NCBI GenBank assembly: GCA_031416075.1
Contig: JANOSY010000029.1
Location: 1-26,261 of the forward strand
Source of the DNA: Candidatus Tenderia sp.
GTDB taxonomy: Bacteria; Pseudomonadota; Gammaproteobacteria; Tenderiales; Tenderiaceae
Length of the DNA: 26,261 bases
Reading direction: 5' to 3'
Position numbers and translations under genes: made by a program. Of this stretch, positions 1-9,662 are shown one piece after another. Within the stretch, counting starts at the first letter, position 1. Every line of letters begins with the position of its first letter. The notes beneath the pieces are model-generated. The model was not told where the DNA came from. It searched no databases and saw only the letters and a program-made list of their open reading frames with translations.

Positions 1-68
1 TCACCGTTGAAATTCCTGGTCTTCCCGGCAAATCGTCTCGCTATTGATATCGCACTCTTCCCCTTGAA
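1..68 (-). pseudogene. tnpA: IS200-type Y1 transposase fragment (C-terminal half only)
   Basis: The minus strand from 68 reads FKGKSAISIARRFAGKTRNFNG(E), matching the TnpA motif KGKSAIxIAR...RNFxG that precedes FWARGY. An in-frame TGA (71-69) lies directly upstream. There is no start codon and no HUH-containing N-terminal half. Confidence 0.8.
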
Positions 69-130
69 TCAGGCTGACCGTAGCGCTCGGTCAAACCTAG
101 TGAGTCCCCCGGCTAAGCCGGGGGATTACC
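1..130 (-). mobile_element. IS200/IS605-family element, internally deleted; one end plus a tnpA fragment, running off the window start
   Basis: Perfect 9-bp hairpin TCCCCCGGC-TAA-GCCGGGGGA (105-125) and a second hairpin TGACCG-N7-CGGTCA (75-93), typical of IS200-like subterminal structures. They lie next to a minus-strand TnpA-like reading frame at 68..1. Confidence 0.8.
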
Positions 131-166
131 TTATTTATTTACATTAAAATTTCTGGATTTCGAAGT

Positions 167-182
167 TGGCACTTACCTTGCA
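167..182 (+). promoter_or_regulatory. sigma54 (-24/-12) promoter of flgBCDE
   Basis: TGGCAC-TTACC-TTGCA matches TGGCAC-N5-TTGCW exactly and ends 45 bp before the flgB ATG. Confidence 0.88.
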
Positions 183-227
183 TTTGTTATGACAGAGTTT
201 AATATAGTGTAGATATAAGGTGATGTG

Positions 228-638
228 ATGGCTTCAGGATTGGATAATTATTTTGGTGTTCACGAGCAAGCGTTAAGATTGCGTTCACAGCGTACAGAAA
301 TTTTAGCATCCAATCTGGCAAACGCAGACACTCCCGGTTACAAAGCAAAAGATATTGATTTTGAAGGTGCTCTAAGAAGTGCTATGGGCAGTGGTGGTGG
401 GCAGGCCCCAGCGTTAAAAACCACCAGTTCAGGTCATATTGGAAATATAACCGGTAGCAGTCTTGATGCCTGGGTTAAATACCGTGTACCACACCAACCG
501 GCGCTTGATGGAAACACTGTTGAATCACATATAGAACAGGCCGCGTTTGCTAAAAATGCGGTGGAGTATCAGGCAACGCTTCAGTTTCTTGGTGGCAAAT
601 CAAAAAGCCTTATTCAGGCGATAAAAGGGAGTGAGTAA
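228..638 (+). CDS. flgB: Flagellar basal body rod protein FlgB
   Basis: Motifs LASNLANADTPGYKAKDIDF and DGNTV. ATG at 228 preferred over GTG at 225; AAGGTG RBS at 217-222. Confidence 0.97.
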   Translation: MASGLDNYFGVHEQALRLRSQRTEILASNLANADTPGYKAKDIDFEGALRSAMGSGGGQAPALKTTSSGHIGNITGSSLDAWVKYRVPHQPALDGNTVESHIEQAAFAKNAVEYQATLQFLGGKSKSLIQAIKGSE

Positions 639-643
639 TCATT

Positions 644-1051
644 ATGTTTAATATTTTTGATGTGTCAGGCTCGGCCATGAATGCTCAAAGTATACGATTG
701 AACACAGTCGCCAGTAATTTGGCCAATGCGGATACTATCAGCAGTAGTCCAGATACGGTTTATCAAGCTAAACACCCTATATTTTCAGAGCTACTTCAGG
801 AAGAAGGGAGTAAGCAGCGTGCATCAGGGGTACAGGTAAAAGAAATTATTGAAAGCAAAGCACCACCATTAATTAGGTATGAGCCAAATCATCCATTGGC
901 AGATGAAAAGGGGAATATTTATTCGCCAAATATAAATATGGTGGAAGAGATGGCTAATATGATGTCAGCCTCACGCTCATACCAAAATAATGTTGAAGTC
1001 TTTAATACATCAAAACAATTATTAATGGCTACTTTGAACCTGGGTCGTTAA
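644..1051 (+). CDS. flgC: Flagellar basal body rod protein FlgC
   Basis: Motifs RLNTVASNLANA, YEPNHPLAD and EEMANMMSASRSYQNN; second gene of the cluster. Confidence 0.97.
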   Translation: MFNIFDVSGSAMNAQSIRLNTVASNLANADTISSSPDTVYQAKHPIFSELLQEEGSKQRASGVQVKEIIESKAPPLIRYEPNHPLADEKGNIYSPNINMVEEMANMMSASRSYQNNVEVFNTSKQLLMATLNLGR

Positions 1052-1069
1052 TAGAATGGGAGATACGTA

Positions 1070-1744
1070 ATGTCACTGAATGTTGATGCTTCAGTTCTGG
1101 AAGGAATAGGGCTTACTGCACCGCAGAAACGGGCGGTTCCGGGAAATCAGAGTGATGAAGATACATTTATGAAACTGATTCTCACGCAATTGCAGAATCA
1201 AGATCCGACTAAGCCGATGGATAATAGCCAGTTTTTAAGTCAATTGGCACAGTTTAAGTCGGTTTCAGGAATAGATGAATTAAAGAAATCTGTTGATGCC
1301 ATGGCAGAATCATTTCAATCAAACCAGGCATTACAGGCTTCATCATTAGTAGGGCGCTGGGTCATGATTGAAAGTAATAGTGGTCAGCTCTGGGATAAAG
1401 TTGGAATGGCAGGTGCTGTTGATGTTCCATCATCATCCAGCAAAGTTACAGTTTCTGTAAAAGATTCCAGTGGCCAGATTATTAAACAGATAGATCTTGG
1501 GCCGCAGGAAAAGGGTGTTGTTAGTTTTAATTGGGATGGCATGGATGATGAAGGTAATTCATATAAAGTTGGTAAATACTTTATAGAAGCAAATGCAAAC
1601 ATTGCTGGAAAAACTCAGGCGTTAATCACAAATACAGTGGTTCCGGTTGAGAGTGTGATTATGGGGAAAGTAGGAACAGGTCTGACAGTTAATACATCGG
1701 GTTTTGGAAAAGTTAGCTTGTCTAATGTTAAACAGATTATGTAA
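1070..1744 (+). CDS. flgD: Flagellar hook capping protein FlgD
   Basis: Motifs FMKLILTQLQNQDPTKPMDN, QASSLVGR and the FxWDG Ig-domain motif. Confidence 0.97.
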   Translation: MSLNVDASVLEGIGLTAPQKRAVPGNQSDEDTFMKLILTQLQNQDPTKPMDNSQFLSQLAQFKSVSGIDELKKSVDAMAESFQSNQALQASSLVGRWVMIESNSGQLWDKVGMAGAVDVPSSSSKVTVSVKDSSGQIIKQIDLGPQEKGVVSFNWDGMDDEGNSYKVGKYFIEANANIAGKTQALITNTVVPVESVIMGKVGTGLTVNTSGFGKVSLSNVKQIM

Positions 1745-1767
1745 GTGTGTTGTAAAGGAGAACGGTC

Positions 1768-3024
1768 ATGCCATTTCGTATAGCACTTAGTGGGTTAAAC
1801 TCATCCACTGCTGATTTAAAGTCGACAGGCAATAATATTGCGAATGCCAGTACTACTGGGTTTAAGTCTTCACGTACTGAGTTTGTTGATGTTTTTGCTG
1901 TAGGCTATGGGGGTATCTCTGCTACGGCGATTGGTGGTGGAGTCAGACTTGCGTCGGTTACGCAGCAATTTTCTCAAGGGAATGTTGACTTCACGGATAA
2001 TAATCTTGATCTGGCGGTTAATGGGCAGGGTTTTTTTGTGTTAAGTGATGGAGGAACCAGAGTATTAACTCGAGCAGGGGCCTTTAAGTCTGACCGCGAA
2101 GGAAATGTTGTAAATAGCAGTGGCCATAAATTGCAAGTATTCCCCGCTATTACAACAGCCAGTGGAACTTCATTTGATACCGGAAGACTGACCGATTTAC
2201 AGCTTTCAACCAATGAAGGCGTTCCAAAATCAACTGATGAGATAAGCTCAAAATTAAATTTAAATGCAGCTGAGATAACTCCTCTGGTAGCATTTAATGC
2301 CGCGCTTACTACCCCTGATCCGGCTTCGTATAATAGTTCCACTTCGTTGACTATTTATGATTCATTAGGTGCGCAACATGCCGCCACTCAATATTTTGTA
2401 AAGACCAGCCCAAATAGCTGGGATGCATATCTTAAAATTGATGGTGCAACAGTGACTGGATCACCGGCAAATCTGACGTTTACTAATCAAGGTCTTCTTA
2501 ATCCATCTCTTAGCTCAGGTAGTAATGGAGTTGTTACGATGGGACCTACGACAACAATATCGTCGACCACCGGATCGTCTGAAATAACGCTTGATCTTGA
2601 TTTTTCTAATTTGACCCAATACGGGAGCCCTTTTTCTGTTAGTGCTCTGCAGCAAACAGGATACTCAACAGGTCGTTTGAGTGGTATTGATATCGATTCC
2701 GGCGGAATAGTCTCTGCTCGTTATACCAACGGACAGTCCAAAACACTTGGAAAAGTGGCACTCGCTAATGTTGCAAACCCGCAAGGGTTAAGTCCGCAAG
2801 GAGATACGGTCTGGGGTGAAACATTTTCTGCTGGGGACCTTATTCTTGGTGAAGCAGGCACTTCTAGCTTTGGATTAATGCAATCCGGAGCGCTGGAATC
2901 ATCGAATGTTGATATTGCGGGAGAGTTGGTTAATCTGATCACAGCACAGCGTAATTTTCAAGCTAATGCGCAGGTCATTAGTACGGCGGATGCCGTGACG
3001 CAGACGATTATTAACATTCGATAG
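1768..3024 (+). CDS. flgE: Flagellar hook protein FlgE
   Basis: Motifs GNNIANASTTGFKSSR, DLAVNGQGFF, IYDSLG and LESSNVDIAGELVNLITAQRNFQANAQVI. Confidence 0.97.
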   Translation: MPFRIALSGLNSSTADLKSTGNNIANASTTGFKSSRTEFVDVFAVGYGGISATAIGGGVRLASVTQQFSQGNVDFTDNNLDLAVNGQGFFVLSDGGTRVLTRAGAFKSDREGNVVNSSGHKLQVFPAITTASGTSFDTGRLTDLQLSTNEGVPKSTDEISSKLNLNAAEITPLVAFNAALTTPDPASYNSSTSLTIYDSLGAQHAATQYFVKTSPNSWDAYLKIDGATVTGSPANLTFTNQGLLNPSLSSGSNGVVTMGPTTTISSTTGSSEITLDLDFSNLTQYGSPFSVSALQQTGYSTGRLSGIDIDSGGIVSARYTNGQSKTLGKVALANVANPQGLSPQGDTVWGETFSAGDLILGEAGTSSFGLMQSGALESSNVDIAGELVNLITAQRNFQANAQVISTADAVTQTIINIR

Positions 3025-3048
3025 TTATTGATTATTTCACTACTGCAT

Positions 3049-3073
3049 AGGAGGACTTTAGTCCTCCTTTTTT
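3049..3073 (+). terminator. Rho-independent terminator after flgE
   Basis: Perfect 8-bp stem AGGAGGAC-TTTA-GTCCTCCT followed by a T run, 24 bp after the flgE stop. Confidence 0.85.
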
Positions 3074-3074
3074 A

Positions 3075-3113
3075 TTGCCCATAATTTGCCGTTAATGTGG
3101 CATATCTTTTCCG
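3075..3113. promoter_or_regulatory. Candidate enhancer (sigma54 activator, FleR/FlrC-type) sites upstream of flgF
   Basis: TTGCCC (3075), TTGCCG (3086), GTGGCA (3097) and TTTCCG (3108) occur at exact 11-bp spacing, about 60-100 bp upstream of the -24 box. The activator assignment is inference. Confidence 0.45.
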
Positions 3114-3173
3114 CTTTCTATCTCTTTGATGTAAACAAGTTAGCTATCTTGTTCTGCTGCAATGGTTTTTTAT

Positions 3174-3189
3174 TGGCACTGGTATTGCA
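3174..3189 (+). promoter_or_regulatory. sigma54 (-24/-12) promoter of flgFGHIJKL
   Basis: TGGCAC-TGGTA-TTGCA, exact consensus, ending 51 bp before the flgF ATG. Confidence 0.88.
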
Positions 3190-3240
3190 TTGATTTAATG
3201 GCGACTCTATGGTGTCAAATAAACCATAACGAGGTGATGA

Positions 3241-3984
3241 ATGGATAAGGTTTTATATCTGGCTAGCAGTGCAGGCAAAGAGATTATGTTTGCCCAGACA
3301 CAAAATTCTAATAATCTTGCCAACGCCAATACTATTGGTTTTAAGGAAGACCTTGCGTATGCCAAGAGCCTTCCAGTGTTCGGTGATGGATTATCAAGTC
3401 GTGTCTATGCTATCACTGAAGGTAAGGGATCGGATACTTCATCTGGGTCGTTAATGAGCACGGGACGTGAGTTGGACGTTGCTATTAATGGAAAAGGGTG
3501 GTTTGCAGTACAGGGATTGGATGGCAATGAAGGTTATACCCGTGCTGGGGATTTGCGTGTTACCCCGAGTGGTCTTTTGACTACGGCGGCAGGACATCCC
3601 GTTATTGGCAACAGTGGTGGCCCGATTACAGTTCCGCCTTATGAAAAACTTGATGTAGGTAGTGATGGCACAATTTCTATTCGTCCTATTGGGCAGGCAC
3701 CATCAACTTTAGCGGTTGTTGATCGTATTAAGATGGTTAAGCCAGATGAGAAAAAAATAGAGAAAGGTGAGGATGGTCTTTTTCATACCAATGATGGCGT
3801 GCCTGTGGTCGCTGATGCAGGTGTTTCTATGACATCAGGCGTCTTGGAAACAAGTAATGTGAATGTTGTTGCAAGCATGGTCTCAATGATGGAATTGGCA
3901 AAAAAATTTGAGATGCAGGTGAAAATTATGGAGAAAGCTAACGAAATCAGCACGGCATCACAACAAATTATGAAGATGAGTTAA
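3241..3984 (+). CDS. flgF: Flagellar basal body rod protein FlgF
   Basis: Motifs [38 protein letters not shown] and LETSNVNVV; GAGGTG RBS. Confidence 0.97.
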   Translation: MDKVLYLASSAGKEIMFAQTQNSNNLANANTIGFKEDLAYAKSLPVFGDGLSSRVYAITEGKGSDTSSGSLMSTGRELDVAINGKGWFAVQGLDGNEGYTRAGDLRVTPSGLLTTAAGHPVIGNSGGPITVPPYEKLDVGSDGTISIRPIGQAPSTLAVVDRIKMVKPDEKKIEKGEDGLFHTNDGVPVVADAGVSMTSGVLETSNVNVVASMVSMMELAKKFEMQVKIMEKANEISTASQQIMKMS

Positions 3985-4003
3985 GCAACGCAAGGAGTTA
4001 ATT

Positions 4004-4789
4004 ATGAATTCAGCATTATGGGTGGCAAAAACGGGTCTTGATGCACAGCAAACACGGATGACTGTGATTGCAAATAACATGGCAAACGTCAATACCACTG
4101 GTTATAAACAAAGCCGTGCTGTATTTGAAGACCTTCTCTATCAAAATGTTAGACAAGCGGGTGGACAGTCATCACAGGACACTGTTTTGCCTTCTGGTCT
4201 GATGTTAGGTACAGGGGTTCGTACTGTAGCCACTGAAAAGCTTTTTACTCAGGGTAATTTACAGCAGACGGGAAATCAGTTGGATGTGGCAATCCAGGGG
4301 CGTGGTTTTTTTCAGGTTTTACGCCCAGATGGTAGTTTGGGTTACTCTCGCGATGGCAGTTTTCAAGTGGATGCTCAAGGTCAGTTAGTGACTTCGAGTG
4401 GTTATTCTGTTCAGCCGGCAATTACGATTCCGAGTGGTGCTGTTTCTGTTTCTATTGGCAGTGACGGTGTTATTTCAGCGATGCAGTCTGGCCAAACGGC
4501 ACCTACACAGGTAGGGAATATTCAACTTTCCGATTTTATAAATCCAAGTGGATTACAGCCAGTAGGCGAGAATCTTTTTCTAGAAACAGCAGCCAGTGGT
4601 GCGCCACAATCCGGTAATCCAGGTCTTAATGGTATTGGCAGTGTTATTCAAGGGGCATTGGAGAGTTCAAATGTGAATGTGGTAGAAGAGATGGTTGGAA
4701 TGATTGAGGCACAACGCGCTTATGAGATGAACTCAAAAGCCATCTCGACCGTTGATCAAATGTTGCAATACGCGTCTAACAACCTCTAA
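4004..4789 (+). CDS. flgG: Flagellar basal body distal rod protein FlgG
   Basis: N-terminus [16 protein letters not shown], plus FEDLLYQ and [27 protein letters not shown]; AAGGAG RBS. Confidence 0.98.
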   Translation: MNSALWVAKTGLDAQQTRMTVIANNMANVNTTGYKQSRAVFEDLLYQNVRQAGGQSSQDTVLPSGLMLGTGVRTVATEKLFTQGNLQQTGNQLDVAIQGRGFFQVLRPDGSLGYSRDGSFQVDAQGQLVTSSGYSVQPAITIPSGAVSVSIGSDGVISAMQSGQTAPTQVGNIQLSDFINPSGLQPVGENLFLETAASGAPQSGNPGLNGIGSVIQGALESSNVNVVEEMVGMIEAQRAYEMNSKAISTVDQMLQYASNNL

Positions 4790-4803
4790 TTTTGGGGATA
4801 ATG

Positions 4804-5526
4804 ATGAGTAATAAAGGTAGTATAAGTGCAATCACCACAACAATCATATTGAGCTCTGTAATAATGTCAGGATGCTCAACGTCATCTGTACGTCCAATAT
4901 CACAGGGATTTGAAGCATCAAGGCCGAGTTATTACAGCCCATCACCACCTCAAAATGGTGCCATATTTCAGGCAGGTTATGAAATTTCACTTTATGAAGA
5001 TATGCGTGCCCGTCGCGTTGGAGATATTCTTACAATTATATTAAGCGAAAAAACTAATGCATCCAAGAAGGCAGCAACTAATACGGCAAAAGACAGTTCT
5101 GTTGACATTAAAACACCAACGCTTCTTGGTAGGGAGTTTAAGTTTGATTTGCCACGTCCTTTTGCTTCGGCACTTCCAGATTTATCTTTAGATACATCGC
5201 TGAACAGTGCAAACTCTTTTAAGGGTGAAGGGGATTCGGCGCAAAGCAATAGTCTGACTGGAAGTATTACGGTGACAGTGTCTGAGGTGTTGCCCAACGG
5301 GAATCTATTTGTAAAGGGGCAGAAGCGCCTGACCATTAATCAGGGGAATGAGTATGTTCAATTCTCTGGGATTGTGCGCACTGCAGATATTAATCCAGAC
5401 AATTCTGTTGTATCTACAAAGGTTGCGGATGCCAATATTGCTTATATCGGTGAGGGTATGGTGGCTGATGTTAATAGTCAAGGCTGGTTGGCACGATTTT
5501 TTAACGGTAAATGGTGGCCTTTTTAG
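4804..5526 (+). CDS. flgH: Flagellar L-ring lipoprotein FlgH
   Basis: Lipobox IMSG-C, motifs [16 protein letters not shown] and VLPNGNL, C-terminal GWLARFF...WPF. Start placed at ATG 4804 (or 4801) after GGGGA rather than TTG 4792. Confidence 0.95.
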   Translation: MSNKGSISAITTTIILSSVIMSGCSTSSVRPISQGFEASRPSYYSPSPPQNGAIFQAGYEISLYEDMRARRVGDILTIILSEKTNASKKAATNTAKDSSVDIKTPTLLGREFKFDLPRPFASALPDLSLDTSLNSANSFKGEGDSAQSNSLTGSITVTVSEVLPNGNLFVKGQKRLTINQGNEYVQFSGIVRTADINPDNSVVSTKVADANIAYIGEGMVADVNSQGWLARFFNGKWWPF

Positions 5527-5543
5527 TGGCAGAGGACGTTGAT

Positions 5544-6650
5544 ATGTGGTTGAATATAAAAATATCTTTGATGGTAGTGCTTCTGCTGTTTACGCAAAGT
5601 GTGTTGGCTGAGCGTATAAAAGACTTAGCATCGGTAGCAGGGGTGCGGAGCAATCAATTAATTGGATATGGCATAGTTGTCGGTCTTGATGGTTCAGGAG
5701 ATCAGACCAGTCAAACTCCTTTTACCGTTCAAAGTGTTAAAACGATGCTAGCACAATTTGGAGTTCAGATACCCGCCAATGTTAATCCGCAATTAAAAAA
5801 TGTTGCGGCGGTTTCAATTCATGCGGAACTTCCAGCATTTGCCAAACCAGGGCAGAATATAGATATTACAGTGTCATCCTTGGGTAATGCTAAGAGTTTG
5901 CGTGGTGGTAGTCTGTTAATGGCACCGCTTAAAGGAGCTGATAATCAGACGTACGCAATGGCGCAAGGAAGTTTGATTGTAGGCGGGTTGGGCGTTGGTG
6001 GTGGTGATGGATCAAAAATCTCTATTAACATCCCGAGTGTTGGCAGAATTCCAGGAGGAGCCACAGTAGAACGCCCGGCTCCAACAGCATTTGGTAGTGA
6101 AACGAGTTTAGTGCTGAATCTGTTTAAACACGATTTTACGACGGCTAGCCGTCTTGCTAATGTGATTAATGAAAAGATTGGCATGGGTACAGCCACACCT
6201 ATGGATGGCTCATCGGTTATGGTTCAGGCACCACGTGATGTAGGACAACGTGTGGCCTATGTTTCATTATTGGAGAACTTAACACTGGAACCTGGTGAAG
6301 CATCGGCACGTATAATTATTAACGCACGTACTGGAACGGTGGTGATTGGTCGTCATGTACGTGTGACATCGGCAGCAGTGACTCATGGAAGCATGACGGT
6401 GACGATTAGTGAAAAAGCAAATGTGAGCCAGCCAGGGCCATTGGCGGGTGGTGGGACAGTGGTGGTGCCTGCCTCAGACATTAAAGTATCTCAGGAAAAT
6501 AACAAAATGTTTCTATTCGAACCAGGAATTTCATTGGGAGATATTGTTCAGGCGATTAATAACGTTGGTGCGGCCCCTGGTGATTTGGTTGCTATTTTAG
6601 AGGCACTTAAAGAGGCCGGTGCACTACGGGCTGAGCTGGTGATTATTTAA
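5544..6650 (+). CDS. flgI: Flagellar P-ring protein FlgI
   Basis: Signal peptide, then [32 protein letters not shown]; C-terminal [19 protein letters not shown] 5544 follows an AGAGGA RBS. Confidence 0.96.
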   Translation: MWLNIKISLMVVLLLFTQSVLAERIKDLASVAGVRSNQLIGYGIVVGLDGSGDQTSQTPFTVQSVKTMLAQFGVQIPANVNPQLKNVAAVSIHAELPAFAKPGQNIDITVSSLGNAKSLRGGSLLMAPLKGADNQTYAMAQGSLIVGGLGVGGGDGSKISINIPSVGRIPGGATVERPAPTAFGSETSLVLNLFKHDFTTASRLANVINEKIGMGTATPMDGSSVMVQAPRDVGQRVAYVSLLENLTLEPGEASARIIINARTGTVVIGRHVRVTSAAVTHGSMTVTISEKANVSQPGPLAGGGTVVVPASDIKVSQENNKMFLFEPGISLGDIVQAINNVGAAPGDLVAILEALKEAGALRAELVII

Positions 6651-7648
6651 TGACTATTGCGATTAATGGTGGTGACATTTATACAGATGTCAGCTCTTTG
6701 CGTAATCTGAAGCGAGAGGCCGCACAGGGATCATCACAGGCGCTTGAAAAGACGGCAGAGCAATTTGAGGCGCTGTTCCTTCAAATGATGCTTAAGTCTA
6801 TGCGTCAAAGTTCCAGTGGTGATGGAATGTTTGAGAGTGATCAGACCCGTTTTTACCAGCAGATGTTTGACCAGCAGATTTCCATCGACATGGCAAAAAA
6901 AAGGCAAATTGGCATTGCTGATATGCTTGTTAAGCAGTTGGGTAAGGATAAAGTAGAGAATGATATTCCATTAAACAGTGTCATAAATAGTGTGTCTGGA
7001 CCATCTAACTATGTACCTCAAGATTTAATTAAGCCTCAGGTTGTTAATATGGCTGATAAAGTATCTGCTGTTGAATTATCCGATCCTTTCTCAACTGATA
7101 CGGTATCAAAGTTATCAATAGAGTTAAAAATCAATCCAGTACATAGTAGCCGTATAGAGAAAAAAAGTTTTGATTCGCCAAACGACTTTATAGAAGAGCT
7201 TATGCCACTAGCAGAAAAATATGCAGCGGAGCTGGGTGTTGACCCACGTGTATTGTTGGCACAATCGGCTTTGGAGACGGGATGGGGTAAAAAAATAAAT
7301 CGTGATATGGCTGGGGTGAGTAGCCATAACCTATTTAATATAAAAGCGGATCAACGATGGTCGGGAGATAAGGTAATGGTCTCAACGCTTGAGTATGAAA
7401 ATGGCCGACCTATGCAACAAAGGGCTGTTTTTCGCTCATATCCAAATTTTGAAGAGAGCTTTAAGGATTATGTGGGGTTTCTGAAATCAAACCCCCGTTA
7501 TCAACAAGCGTTGAGCAAAGCCTCTGATGGTGCCGCTTTTGTGCGCTCCCTGCATGAAGCTGGATATGCCACTGATCCTAGGTATTCAGCAAAGATTACG
7601 ACTATTATGAGAAGTGATCTCTTGAGTGATCTTTCCCAAAAGATGTAG
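6650..7648 (+). CDS. flgJ: Flagellar rod cap / peptidoglycan hydrolase FlgJ
   Basis: Rod-binding motif AEQFEALFLQMMLKSMR and glucosaminidase motifs AQSALETGWG, NLFNIKA and GYATDPRY. TAATG overlap with flgI. Confidence 0.96.
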   Translation: MTIAINGGDIYTDVSSLRNLKREAAQGSSQALEKTAEQFEALFLQMMLKSMRQSSSGDGMFESDQTRFYQQMFDQQISIDMAKKRQIGIADMLVKQLGKDKVENDIPLNSVINSVSGPSNYVPQDLIKPQVVNMADKVSAVELSDPFSTDTVSKLSIELKINPVHSSRIEKKSFDSPNDFIEELMPLAEKYAAELGVDPRVLLAQSALETGWGKKINRDMAGVSSHNLFNIKADQRWSGDKVMVSTLEYENGRPMQQRAVFRSYPNFEESFKDYVGFLKSNPRYQQALSKASDGAAFVRSLHEAGYATDPRYSAKITTIMRSDLLSDLSQKM

Positions 7649-7745
7649 TTATTGATACATGTGCCGCTAGCATGGCTATGTGATTCTACATAAAGTGGTC
7701 ATCCGTTTATATTGTGATGACGAGTGATGGTATAAGAGGTGATGC

Positions 7746-9659
7746 ATGGCATCAGGTATGTTAGGTGTAGGGATTTCCGGGCTGCTTGCGTATCAACGCA
7801 GTTTGCAGACTGTTAGCCATAACATCGCCAATGCCAATACTGAGGGCTACAATCGCCAACGTGTAGAGCTTGGTACCCAGCTGCCACAGCGGGTGGGACC
7901 AAACTTTATTGGTAATGGAGTCACTATTGAGGGGGTTTCACGGGTTTATGATAGCTTCCTGACAAATCAAGTACGTACTTATACTGCCAGCTATAACCAG
8001 GCTGACATCTATGCACAGCATGCTGGGATGATAGATGAGTTGCTGGCAGACCCGAAGGTCGGGTTGATGCCAACTATTGAAGGATTTTTTAGCGCAGTTC
8101 AGGGGGTTGCCAATGATCCATCCGCAATCCCAGCTCGGCAGGCATTGGTTACGCAGGGTGAAACATTAGTAGATCGATTTAAGTACCTCGATAAACGTTA
8201 TGAAGATTTACGTTCGCAGGTAAATCAGCAGCTTAATGGTAATGTGGCTGAAATTAATAGCTTTGCCAAGGCGATTGCCAGTGTTAATCGTGAAATTGTA
8301 TTGAGTCCAAATGGGTTGCCCCCTAACGACCTGTTGGATAGTCGTGACATTCTCTTAAACAAGCTGTCGGAGCGGGTATCGATTACCACTTTATTGCAGG
8401 ATAATGGGGCGATAGATGTTTTTATGGGGAAGGGGCAGATTTTGGTGTTGAATTTTGATGCCAATGAGCTTGTAATTACTAAAAATAAGTATGATATCAG
8501 CCAGTCTGAAGTGAGTATTAATTCGGGTATTGGTGGAAATCTTGAGATATCTGATTTTATTAGTGGTGGAAAGTTAGGTGGATTAATCGATTTTCGTAAC
8601 AACGTTTTAGCACCAGCACATAATTCAATAGGGACACTGGCGATAGGTCTTGCAGAATCTTTCAATGCTCAACATAAGCTAGGCCAGGACCTTAATGGCA
8701 ATATAGGGGCGGGGTTTTTTACAGATTCATCCCTGCAGGTATTGCCTGGACTAGGCTCTCCTTCAACAGTAACGGCTGGACTGGCTGATATACGGCAATT
8801 AACCAAAGATGATTATGTGCTACGTTTTGATGGTGGCAATAACTACAGTTTGATTCGCAGTTCAGATAAAAAACTGTTTTCCATTAATACCGGTGGTACA
8901 TCTCCCTATACTACGGTGGCTATGGACGGTTTTAATTTGACCATTACTGCAGGAGCGGTTGTGGGTGACAGTTATCTTATCCGTCCTGGTAAAACCGGCG
9001 CAACGCAGCTTGATGTGAATATCACGAGTGCACGAGAGGTGGCGTCAGGATCTCCTATTCGTACTCAGAAATCTATCGGTAATATTGGCTCTGGGCAGAT
9101 ATCTCCTGGCAGCACTACCAATACAAGTACGTTACCTCTGGCTGGAGGGGGTATTACTCTAACGTACAACGCAGGAAACATTACGATAGCAGGTGCTTCG
9201 CCAGCCTCTGTTCCGTATGTTAATGGTGGCACAATCCTTCTCAACAATCCTGGAGATGGTACAGGAATTGAGGTGATGATAAGTGGTATGCCCAGTAATG
9301 GTGATACTTTTAATATTGGCAATAATAGCAATGGTGTTGGTGATAACCGTAACGCATTGCTGCTTGGCAAGTTACAAACACAACGTATTCTTGATGGTGG
9401 CAACGCGAGCTATGATGAGTTTTATGGCGGTATGGTCGCTGATGTGGGAATCAAGACTAATCAAGCGCGGGTGACTAATGAGTCCCAGTTACGGTTGTTG
9501 GACCAAGCAAGAAATTCACGGGATGCATTGTCGGGCGTTAATCTGGATGAAGAAGCGGCTAATTTGGTGAAATTCCAGCAGGCATACCAGGCGGCCTCTC
9601 AGATAATTGTTACTACTAACTCTATGTTTCAGTCACTATTAGCGGCGTTGCGAGGGTAA
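7746..9659 (+). CDS. flgK: Flagellar hook-associated protein FlgK
   Basis: Motifs SHNIANANTEGYNRQ, NDLLDSRD and SGVNLDEEAANLVKFQQAYQAA; GAGGTG RBS. Confidence 0.97.
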   Translation: MASGMLGVGISGLLAYQRSLQTVSHNIANANTEGYNRQRVELGTQLPQRVGPNFIGNGVTIEGVSRVYDSFLTNQVRTYTASYNQADIYAQHAGMIDELLADPKVGLMPTIEGFFSAVQGVANDPSAIPARQALVTQGETLVDRFKYLDKRYEDLRSQVNQQLNGNVAEINSFAKAIASVNREIVLSPNGLPPNDLLDSRDILLNKLSERVSITTLLQDNGAIDVFMGKGQILVLNFDANELVITKNKYDISQSEVSINSGIGGNLEISDFISGGKLGGLIDFRNNVLAPAHNSIGTLAIGLAESFNAQHKLGQDLNGNIGAGFFTDSSLQVLPGLGSPSTVTAGLADIRQLTKDDYVLRFDGGNNYSLIRSSDKKLFSINTGGTSPYTTVAMDGFNLTITAGAVVGDSYLIRPGKTGATQLDVNITSAREVASGSPIRTQKSIGNIGSGQISPGSTTNTSTLPLAGGGITLTYNAGNITIAGASPASVPYVNGGTILLNNPGDGTGIEVMISGMPSNGDTFNIGNNSNGVGDNRNALLLGKLQTQRILDGGNASYDEFYGGMVADVGIKTNQARVTNESQLRLLDQARNSRDALSGVNLDEEAANLVKFQQAYQAASQIIVTTNSMFQSLLAALRG

Positions 9660-9662
9660 TTT

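Noticed and set aside
105-125. GC-rich hairpin read as an intrinsic terminator or REP
   Set aside because: Better explained as an IS200-type end hairpin, given the adjacent TnpA fragment, though it may also terminate transcription.
7649-7745. Internal sigma28 or sigma54 promoter before flgK
   Set aside because: TAAAG is present but there is no GCCGATAA-like box at the right spacing, and no TGGC-N-TTGC match.
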